This document shows, piece by piece, positions 9,730 to 17,244 of a stretch of DNA of 64,000 nt (position 1 is its first letter; each line of letters begins with the position of its first letter). The DNA is taken from the NCBI GenBank assembly GCA_033549025.1, contig JAWSUS010000003.1:32001-96000 (forward strand). Direction: 5' to 3'. The notes under the pieces were generated by a model, which searched no databases, had not been told where the DNA came from, and saw only the letters and a list, made by a program, of their open reading frames with translations. This DNA is from Desulfuromonadales bacterium. GTDB lineage: Bacteria > Desulfobacterota > Desulfuromonadia > Desulfuromonadales > SZUA-540. Made by a program: the position numbers and the translations under genes.

Positions 9730-10125
9730 TCACTCCCAGCGCCCGTTCGAGCGCTGGCGCAGGGCAATGACTTCAACGCGACCCTGGTCGTTGATAAAGG
9801 AACTCAGCAGCCAGCTGACCAGGCTGATAATCAGCGACCCCAGCAGAGCTGAACCGAAACCACGGACATAAAAGCCCGAGATGACCCCGGAAACCATCAT
9901 CAACAGCAGGGCATTGATCACGAAGGTGAACAGGCCCAGGGTCAGAATATTGATCGGCAGAGTGAGCAACAGCAGGATGGGCCGCAGCAGGGCGTTGAGA
10001 ATCCCCAAAGTGGCCGCCGCAAAAAAAGCCGCCGCAAAGCCGCTGGCCGCGATGCCCTCAATCAGGTAGGAGGCGGCCAGAATAGCCAGAGTCAGAATCA
10101 ACCAGCGCAGCAACAATCCTTTCAT
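9730..10125 (-). CDS. YvlD/DUF360 4-TM 'phage holin family' membrane protein
   Basis: LNALLRPILLLLTLPINILTLGLFTFVINA signature. Confidence 0.88.
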   Translation of the reverse strand: MKGLLLRWLILTLAILAASYLIEGIAASGFAAAFFAAATLGILNALLRPILLLLTLPINILTLGLFTFVINALLLMMVSGVISGFYVRGFGSALLGSLIISLVSWLLSSFINDQGRVEVIALRQRSNGRWE

Positions 10126-10145
10126 AATATCCCCTTTTCAGTCTG

Positions 10146-10177
10146 GGCCGGCTTTGCAGAAAGCCGGCCTTGTTTTA
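10146..10177 (+). terminator. intrinsic-terminator-like hairpin
   Basis: GGCCGGCTTT-gcag-AAAGCCGGCC followed by TTGTTTT. Confidence 0.5.
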
Positions 10178-10251
10178 TTATTGGAATCGACGGGCGATTA
10201 TTCCACCGGACCCCTTGTCTGAACCTGTTTCATTTTAGCGGGAGGAGAGCC

Positions 10252-10818
10252 ATGCAGCAACTGATCGAACGCCTTCGCCGGGATGCCCGCACCCTCGGCG
10301 GCCATCTTGTTAAAGTGGACGGCTTCCTCAATCACCAGGTGGACACCGCCCTGCTCGCCCAGGCCGGGCAGCACCTCGCCCGTTTTTTTGCCTCGGCAGA
10401 AATCAGTAAAATCGTCACGGCCGAGGCCAGCGGCATCGTTCCGGCTTTCGCCACGGCTCAGGCTCTCAATATCCCCTTCATCTATGCCCGCAAGAGCCGC
10501 CCCCTCACCATGGCCGACAACCCGCTGTGTGCCGGTGTCACCAGCCGCACCCGGGGTGGCGCTGCCGAACTCTTTCTGTCCCGGGAATATCTGGGCCCGG
10601 GGGATCGCGTCCTGGTGATCGACGATTTTCTCGGCAGCGGTCAGACCGCCGCCGCCCTGGGCCAGATGGTGCAGCAGAGCGGCGCCAGCCTGTGCGCCTT
10701 CGCTTTTCTGGTTGAAAAAGTGTACGAAAGAGGCCGTCTCACCTTGGCGGATTTTCGCCTCCCGGTAAAAACCCTGGCGCGGCTCGACCTCACCGACAGC
10801 GTTGTCAGGATATCCTGA
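10252..10818 (+). CDS. xpt: xanthine phosphoribosyltransferase
   Basis: KVDGFLNHQVD, TAEASGI, YARK and VLVIDDFL motifs resemble Bacillus-type Xpt. Confidence 0.88.
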   Translation: MQQLIERLRRDARTLGGHLVKVDGFLNHQVDTALLAQAGQHLARFFASAEISKIVTAEASGIVPAFATAQALNIPFIYARKSRPLTMADNPLCAGVTSRTRGGAAELFLSREYLGPGDRVLVIDDFLGSGQTAAALGQMVQQSGASLCAFAFLVEKVYERGRLTLADFRLPVKTLARLDLTDSVVRIS

Positions 10819-10840
10819 CAACGCCTGGGCGGAGTGGCAC

Positions 10841-11758
10841 ATGGAAGACGATCGCACCCACATAGTCCTGCAAAAGGACGGCCGCCGGTTCGGCCTCAGC
10901 GAGTTTGGTGCGCCTACGGGAAAGCCTCTCTTCTATTTCCACGGCTTTCCCGGCTCTCGCCTGGAGGCCCGGCTTGTCCATGAAGTGGCGCGCAGACAGC
11001 ATATCCGCCTCATCGCCGTCGACAGACCGGGCTATGGCCAATCGTCCTACCAACCCCACAGACGGCTTGCGCACTGGCCACGGGATATCGCCGCGATTGC
11101 CGATATCCTCGAACTGGACAGATTCAGCGTGCTTGGCGTTTCGGGCGGCGCCCCCTATGCGGTGGCCTGTGCTCGTTTCATGCCGGAACGCCTTATTTCA
11201 ACGGGAATTGTCTGCGGTCTCGCGCCCTTGGACGAGGCGGATTTATTGGGACGGCTCAAAGGGCGGGACCGCCGTTTCGTCTGGCTTAAAAAACTGCCGC
11301 GCCCTCTTTATCGTCTGCCCCTGCTATTGGCGGGGATGGCGGCAAGGCGACGGCCCCAGCGCCTGCTGCGCCTGATCGCCCGGACGCTGCCCCCCTGTGA
11401 TCGGGCAGTGATAACGGACGGCGAGATTGGCCCGCTGCTGGCCAGTTCTTTGCGTGAAGCCTTCAGCCAAGGCAATGCCGGCGCTTTTGCCGACCTCCTT
11501 TTGTATGGCGAACCCTGGGACTTCGCCCTGGAAGAGATCCGCACCCCGGTTCTGCTCTGGCACGGCGAAAGGGATACGGTCGTCCCCTGCGCCATGGGAC
11601 ACTTTCTGGCCGAAAAAATTCCCGACTGCAAGGGGATTTTTCTAGCGGACGAAGGGCATTTTTCCCTGCCACTCCTGCAGGCGGAAGCGATTCTGACGGG
11701 GCTGATGAATCAGGACGATTTGCCGGCGGCTGACAATACCGGGCCGGCCAGGGGGTAG
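10841..11758 (+). CDS. alpha/beta fold hydrolase
   Basis: FHGFPGSR, DRPGYG, nucleophile elbow GVSGG, WHGERD and EGH motifs; ATG 10841 with GGAG RBS. Confidence 0.9.
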   Translation: MEDDRTHIVLQKDGRRFGLSEFGAPTGKPLFYFHGFPGSRLEARLVHEVARRQHIRLIAVDRPGYGQSSYQPHRRLAHWPRDIAAIADILELDRFSVLGVSGGAPYAVACARFMPERLISTGIVCGLAPLDEADLLGRLKGRDRRFVWLKKLPRPLYRLPLLLAGMAARRRPQRLLRLIARTLPPCDRAVITDGEIGPLLASSLREAFSQGNAGAFADLLLYGEPWDFALEEIRTPVLLWHGERDTVVPCAMGHFLAEKIPDCKGIFLADEGHFSLPLLQAEAILTGLMNQDDLPAADNTGPARG

Positions 11759-12885
11759 GAGGCGGTGAAGAGGGTGCCTGTTTCGGCGGAACTGGCGAAA
11801 TGGACCGTGCCGCCCAGGTAATTGCTGAGCAGTTTCATACTGTAGGTGCCCAGCCCCCGTGAGCCCCCCTTGGTGGAGAAGGAGCGCTGGAAAATACCGG
11901 CCTTGGCCTCCGGTGACAGCACCCCGGGGTTGTGCACACAGAAGACGATGCGCTCTTCGTCGCCCCGGCATCCCAGGGTGACCCGTTCCCCGACGGGGCA
12001 GGCCTCCAGGGCGTTCTTGAGCATGTTGCCCAGCACGCGGCCGAGCAAAGTCTGGTCGCTGGTCATAAGAAGATCTGCCGCAGCGGAGTCGACCGTCAAT
12101 TCCCTGCCGGCGGCCACTTCGTGCCGACGATAAATCTCGGCCAAATTTTCCACAAGAGCGAGACTGGAGAAGGATTCCACATCCAGCGCCAATTCCCCCG
12201 ACTCGGCCGCCGCCAGGGCTCGCTGGGCCTCGATCTCGTCAATGGTCTGCTCAGCGGCCAACTGGATCAGGTCGAAAATCCGCTCTTGCTGTCCCGGATC
12301 GCAGACACGCAGATGTTCGGCAAACCCCTTGATGCTCCCGACCACGTTCAAAACGTCATGGAAGAACATGCGTTCCAGAAAGGCGCGGCGCTTTTCATGA
12401 CTGACATCCGCCAGCGCGAAGACCGAAAAAGTCTCTTCCTGAAAGGTCAGCGGCGTGGCGCGGACCAGCAGATCAAGGGCCTCCATCCGACCGTCAAGCT
12501 GACGGGAAATGCGGAACTCCCGCTCAGCCGCCTCCCCGGCCAAGGCGCTCAGCACGGCCAGGGCGGCACCGCAGCTATGGCACATGGGGCCGTCGCCGCA
12601 GCCCTGCCCGCTGGTTGCGACCCGCACGCACCGTAAGGCCTCGCCGGGACGAAGCCCCCGCAGGGTTTCGACATCACACACGCCGACAAGATCGAGGAGA
12701 GGTTTGTTGGCGTAGACGATCTGCCGCTGGTCGTTGACGATGGCTACCACCGTGGGCAAGGCGTCCAGCAGGTGGCGGGACAGGAACTCGTCCGAGAAAT
12801 AGCGCGCTTGCCGCGACAGCACATCCTCGCCCGACCGTCCATCGGCATTGGGGGCCGAAAAAGCTTTCTCAGAGATTAACGTCAC
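11710..12885 (-). CDS. cytoplasmic sensor histidine kinase with Cys-rich PAS-like domain
   Basis: H-box FFHDVLN, N-box NMLKNALEA, FSTKG..RGLG; no TM segments. Confidence 0.88.
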   Translation of the reverse strand: MTLISEKAFSAPNADGRSGEDVLSRQARYFSDEFLSRHLLDALPTVVAIVNDQRQIVYANKPLLDLVGVCDVETLRGLRPGEALRCVRVATSGQGCGDGPMCHSCGAALAVLSALAGEAAEREFRISRQLDGRMEALDLLVRATPLTFQEETFSVFALADVSHEKRRAFLERMFFHDVLNVVGSIKGFAEHLRVCDPGQQERIFDLIQLAAEQTIDEIEAQRALAAAESGELALDVESFSSLALVENLAEIYRRHEVAAGRELTVDSAAADLLMTSDQTLLGRVLGNMLKNALEACPVGERVTLGCRGDEERIVFCVHNPGVLSPEAKAGIFQRSFSTKGGSRGLGTYSMKLLSNYLGGTVHFASSAETGTLFTASYPLAGPVLSAAGKSS

Positions 12886-12964
12886 AAATAGGCCTCCCTC
12901 CCCAAGTCATAGGCCACTATTTGAACATGACAGGCGGATTAAAAGCAAGAGAGGCGGCAGGCGA

Positions 12965-13663
12965 TCACTGACGCAAGTGAAATCGCAGACGGCGCGAGGC
13001 GACTTCGACCAGATCCCCTTCTTTCAGAGGGCTATCTTCCGTCACGCTGCGACCGTTGATTTTCAGACGAAGGCGACCCTCCCCCGGCGACAGGGTATAA
13101 CCATCCTTGCCCCGCAGGATGTAGCCCCCGACCTTGGGAGCAAACCAGCCCTTCAAGGGGATGTCGGCGCCGGCATCCTTGCCCATGACGGTCAGCGAGC
13201 GGGTCAGTTCAAACTCCCCTTCCCCGCCCGCGCGGCCAACCTCGGTCAGAACGCCGAGGGGGCAGCCCGACAGTTCCATCCGGTCAAGCGCCTCCCGATG
13301 CTGCCGTGTTTCCAGTACCATGGTCTTGTCCATGTCCAGTTCCCGCAGGGCAGTACCGGAGGAGACATTTTCGCCCTCTTCGATCATGAAGACGAGGGTG
13401 TGCTTGCCGATCGTGACCGCGTCATCCGGCTTGAGACCCCAGCGCGTTATTTTCCGGCCATTCACAAAGGTTCCGTTGGTGCTGTTGAGGTCTTCGATAA
13501 AGTAGTGCCCCAACTGATTTTCCACCCGGGCGTGAAAACTCGAAACGGCCAGGTTGTCGATCTGCAGATCGTTCTCCAGGTTTCGTCCGATCGTCAACTG
13601 TTCCTTGTCCGTATCAACGACTTTGAGAACCTTGTCGTTGAATTTGAGTAGAATTCTGAGCAT
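12965..13663 (-). CDS. tandem FHA-domain protein
   Basis: IGR..ENDLQIDNLAVSSFHA..DLNSTNGTFVNG is a canonical FHA; a degenerate second FHA follows. Confidence 0.9.
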   Translation of the reverse strand: MLRILLKFNDKVLKVVDTDKEQLTIGRNLENDLQIDNLAVSSFHARVENQLGHYFIEDLNSTNGTFVNGRKITRWGLKPDDAVTIGKHTLVFMIEEGENVSSGTALRELDMDKTMVLETRQHREALDRMELSGCPLGVLTEVGRAGGEGEFELTRSLTVMGKDAGADIPLKGWFAPKVGGYILRGKDGYTLSPGEGRLRLKINGRSVTEDSPLKEGDLVEVASRRLRFHLRQ

Positions 13664-13667
13664 TCCC

Positions 13668-14456
13668 TTATTCCCTCCTCAATCGTGGCAGCCGTTCCGT
13701 GAAGAAGCGGCTGATGCCGTTGGGCTGACAAAAAAGCAGCACGGCGGTGATATTGTCCTTTCCCCCGGCGGCATTGGCGGCATCGACCAGGCGGGCGCAG
13801 GCGGTGCGCGGGTCGTCCGTCGACAGGACCAGAGACAGGATGGTTTCGTCCTCAAGCATGTCGGTAAGACCGTCGGTACACAGCAGGTATCGATCCCCCT
13901 CTTGAATGGTGTGCGAAGCGACAGAGACCTCTGTATTCGGGAAAGATCCCAGGGCCCGGGTCAGCACATGACGATGGGGTGATAGAGTCGCATCGGCCGG
14001 CGAGATCAACCCCTGGAGAACCTGCTCGTGGACCAGCGTGTGATCCTCGGTCAAGGGTTCACTATTTCCGCCACGCATCCGGTAGAGCCGGCTGTCGCCG
14101 ACATGGGCGACGGTCAGCCGCTCGCCCTGAATCCAGGCGGTCACCAGGGTGCAGCCCATCCCTCGCCAGCCCGGGTTGTCGCGGGCTTCGCGTGAAACCG
14201 CCTCGTCAGCGGCCAGCAGGGCTTTTCGCAGTACCTCGTCCGCCGAAAGGTCGACAAAGGTCCTGTCGCGGGCCAAGTCCTCCACGAATTTCTGCACTTC
14301 ACGCACCGCGAGACTGCTGGCCACCTCACCGGCCGCATAGCCGCCCATGCCATCGGCCACGACAAAGAGGCCCTGATCGGGGCAAAGGATGAAGCTGTCC
14401 TCGTTGTTTTCGCGAAGCAGCCCCTGATCGGTCTGTCCCCAAGAGAGGAGGCGCAT
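13668..14456 (-). CDS. PP2C-family Ser/Thr phosphatase (Stp1/IreP-like)
   Basis: RENNED, VADGMGG, HVGDSR, CTDGL and GGKDNIT motifs. Confidence 0.95.
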   Translation of the reverse strand: MRLLSWGQTDQGLLRENNEDSFILCPDQGLFVVADGMGGYAAGEVASSLAVREVQKFVEDLARDRTFVDLSADEVLRKALLAADEAVSREARDNPGWRGMGCTLVTAWIQGERLTVAHVGDSRLYRMRGGNSEPLTEDHTLVHEQVLQGLISPADATLSPHRHVLTRALGSFPNTEVSVASHTIQEGDRYLLCTDGLTDMLEDETILSLVLSTDDPRTACARLVDAANAAGGKDNITAVLLFCQPNGISRFFTERLPRLRRE

Positions 14457-14459
14457 CGG

Positions 14460-17000
14460 TCATCCTGTCTCCTGCAGGCAGTCCTGCAGGTGCTTTAAAA
14501 CCTGTCCGGCTTTGGCATAACGCCGGGTCTGGGCTTTGGTCAGAAGTTTCTCGACTATCGGCAGGCAGCACGCCGGCACGTCGGGTGCGATTTCCCGCAA
14601 GGGAGTATAGGTGCCGTTGGCAATGGTGAACATGAGGGCGCCGAGGCTGTCTCCCCGGAAAGGCTTTTCACCGCTGAGCAGTTCGTATAACACAACCCCC
14701 AGTGAAAAGAGATCGGAGCGGCCATCCACCTTCTTGCCGGCCACCTGCTCGGGAGACATGTAGCTGGGCGTACCGAGGATGACTCCCGTCTGCGTCCGGG
14801 AGTTCGGCACCAGGCGGGCAATGCCGAAATCCGTGACTTTGACCTGGCCACTGCTCGTGAGCATGATGTTGCCGGGCTTGATATCGCGGTGGACGACTTC
14901 GTGCTCGTGAGCGTATTCGAGCGCGGCGGCCACCTTGGAGACAATGCGGAGCACCTCGGCCGGGCCTAGCAGGCGTCCTTTCTGGCAGTGCCGGCTCAAA
15001 TCCCCGCCCTCCAGCAGTTCCATGGCCATGTAGGCCATATCATGGTCCTCACCCACATCGTATATGGTGACGATATTGGGGTGGTTGAGACGACCGGCGG
15101 CTTCCGCCTCGCGAAAAAAGCGCTCCTTGACCTCGGCCAGTTTTTCCGGCTCGATCGCGGCGTAGCTGAGGGTCTTGATGGCCACTTCACGGTTGATTCG
15201 GGGATCCCGGCCCAGATAGACGGTCCCCATGGCCCCCTGCCCCAGTTCCCGCAGCACCTCGTAGCGTCCCAAAGTCGGTGTTATCGCGCCGGGATCAAGA
15301 ACCAGGGTCGACTCCTGTTTGCCGTTGGCGCCGAAACTGACCGGAGACGTCCCCTGGCGCAGCTTTGCCAGCCGGGCGGCAACATCCCTGAATTTTCCCT
15401 GTCGTGCGATGTGTTCGTAAACCGTGACGGCTTTAGGAAACATTCTCTTACGCTCAAAATCAAGGCCAAGATGATAGAGCAACTCCCGCACGGAAGGATC
15501 ACGGGGCGGACAGGCAATGAATTTTTCCAAAGCCAGATCGAGCATTCCCTGCCCCTGGAAGGCTACCCCCTGCAGTTTGTTGGCAATCGTCTTCTCGCTG
15601 TGCTCCCGGGTGACAGCCAGCCAGCGAAAAAACCCAAGAAACGCAAAACCGGCCACCGCAAAGCAGGTCGCGGAGAGGGGCGACACCCAATAGCCGAGTG
15701 ACACCAGTAGGGCGCTGCTCAGGGCGTACCAGGTTGCCAGAAAAATGGTCAGAATCACAGCCCCCATGCGCAGGCTGATGCGGGGCAGAACCAGAAGCAG
15801 AAAGAAGCCGAAGTAGAAAAGAACCGCCACCTCCAGCCCCCACCCCCAGGGGGGGATAGACAGGGTCGCCCCCGCCAGAATCGTCGTCACCGCCCGGGCG
15901 CCAAGGTAAACGGCCGGCAGCTGCTCCCCGCCGGGCCCAGTCAGCAAAGTGGCGGTCTCGGGGGCCGAAAGACCGATGAGAACGGTCTTACCCTGCAAGG
16001 CCCCTGGAGAGATCTCCCCGGCCAGGAGGCGCGCAGCGGAGAAGACCGCCACCGCGTCCCCAGTGGAGTCCGGGTGAAGCAGCAGACGGAAACCCGGGTC
16101 CGTGGGGATGCGCACCGCGTTCATTTCGAGCCCGAAAAAATCGCGTCGGTCATCCACTATCTTCCATTTTGATGGAGGTGCCCCCAAAGAGACGGCGGCC
16201 AAACTCAAGGGCAACGAGGGGACAAAACGGTCGCCAACCGCGACAAAGAGGGGCGTTTTTCTGACCGATCCGTCTTCATCGGGCAGCACAAGCGAATGAC
16301 CAAGGGCCGCAGCGGCGCTGGCCAGGGGCGTGTAGGGCGAAACGATCGCCGTAGGCCGGGGCAGAGGAGTGGCCATGGCGGCAAGCGGATGACGCAGAGT
16401 TCCCAAAAGAGCGGGCAGATCCATGGTCATGTCGGGGGCGGCTAGGGTCCAGGGGGGGTGACCCGCCAAAGGAATCGCCGGACGGGCTTCGTCGGTAGAA
16501 AACTCGCAGAGCACGGGCAGAACGACTTTGCCGGCCGCCAGGGCGCGCGCCAGGGCCGCATCGCCATGCAGATCTGTCTCGATCTGCTCAAGGGAAACGG
16601 CCAGCCTCTCGTCGGTCGCTGAAATCGCCGACGCATTCGCGGAGAGAACCTGCTTCTTCAGTTCTCGAACCCGCTCCAGGGCCGGCACGGCCTCCGGATA
16701 GTTCAGTGGAAGATAGATCCCGATGGCACGGACCTTTTGCGCCGTCAGGCGTTCCACCAGGTGAGCCAGAACACTGCGCGGCCAGGGCCAGGCTCCCAGT
16801 TCGGCCAGGCTGTCCCGATCAATGGTCACAACGGCAACCTGCCCGCTGGCCGGGGCGGTTCGATAACGGCTGAGAGCGTCCAACAGGGGATAGTCCAGAC
16901 GACGCAGCTGAGGGGCGTTAAACAGAATGGCCGCCAGAACCAGCAGCAGAAGGAGCAGTCCGGCAAACCAGGGGGCAAAAATGCGACGAGATAGCATCAT
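14460..17000 (-). CDS. CHASE2-domain membrane Hanks-type Ser/Thr protein kinase
   Basis: CHASE2 (IDRDSLAELGAWPWPRS, PDEDGSVR), TM helices, and kinase motifs GQGAMG, VAIK, HRDIKPGN, DFG, GTPSYMSPE. Start set at MMLSRR, downstream of the sigma54 promoter. Confidence 0.93.
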   Translation of the reverse strand: MMLSRRIFAPWFAGLLLLLLVLAAILFNAPQLRRLDYPLLDALSRYRTAPASGQVAVVTIDRDSLAELGAWPWPRSVLAHLVERLTAQKVRAIGIYLPLNYPEAVPALERVRELKKQVLSANASAISATDERLAVSLEQIETDLHGDAALARALAAGKVVLPVLCEFSTDEARPAIPLAGHPPWTLAAPDMTMDLPALLGTLRHPLAAMATPLPRPTAIVSPYTPLASAAAALGHSLVLPDEDGSVRKTPLFVAVGDRFVPSLPLSLAAVSLGAPPSKWKIVDDRRDFFGLEMNAVRIPTDPGFRLLLHPDSTGDAVAVFSAARLLAGEISPGALQGKTVLIGLSAPETATLLTGPGGEQLPAVYLGARAVTTILAGATLSIPPWGWGLEVAVLFYFGFFLLLVLPRISLRMGAVILTIFLATWYALSSALLVSLGYWVSPLSATCFAVAGFAFLGFFRWLAVTREHSEKTIANKLQGVAFQGQGMLDLALEKFIACPPRDPSVRELLYHLGLDFERKRMFPKAVTVYEHIARQGKFRDVAARLAKLRQGTSPVSFGANGKQESTLVLDPGAITPTLGRYEVLRELGQGAMGTVYLGRDPRINREVAIKTLSYAAIEPEKLAEVKERFFREAEAAGRLNHPNIVTIYDVGEDHDMAYMAMELLEGGDLSRHCQKGRLLGPAEVLRIVSKVAAALEYAHEHEVVHRDIKPGNIMLTSSGQVKVTDFGIARLVPNSRTQTGVILGTPSYMSPEQVAGKKVDGRSDLFSLGVVLYELLSGEKPFRGDSLGALMFTIANGTYTPLREIAPDVPACCLPIVEKLLTKAQTRRYAKAGQVLKHLQDCLQETG

Positions 17001-17046
17001 GAAGTCATCCGGGGGAACAGGGACCTGAGGGCAGTCGGTATGTTCT

Positions 17047-17062
17047 AGCAAATTGCGTTCCA
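17047..17062 (-). promoter_or_regulatory. putative sigma54 promoter of kinase-phosphatase-FHA operon
   Basis: Minus strand TGGAACGCAATTTGCT = GG-N10-GC. Confidence 0.7.
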
Positions 17063-17244
17063 CTGTGCACGGATGATGATCGCCGAATCGCCGACGGCCC
17101 CACGTGGTGGGTGACGCGGGGGAAACGCGAAAGGCGGCAGGTCCTGTGAAGGTCCTGCCGCCTGCCCTGTAGTAGGCCCAGGCCACGGGGGGAGAGACAA
17201 AAAAAGTCACCCATCACCTCCCCCGGCGCACGGGGAGCGGGATT

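Noticed and set aside
9730..10125. 'Phage holin' as evidence of a prophage
   Set aside because: The YvlD/DUF360 family is commonly chromosomal, and there are no endolysin, integrase or structural phage genes nearby.
10126..10251. Purine riboswitch upstream of xpt
   Set aside because: I found no purine-aptamer consensus; only a simple hairpin is present.
17001..17210. Upstream extension of the CHASE2 kinase ORF
   Set aside because: It contains the predicted sigma54 promoter, and the first TM segment begins just after ATG 17000.
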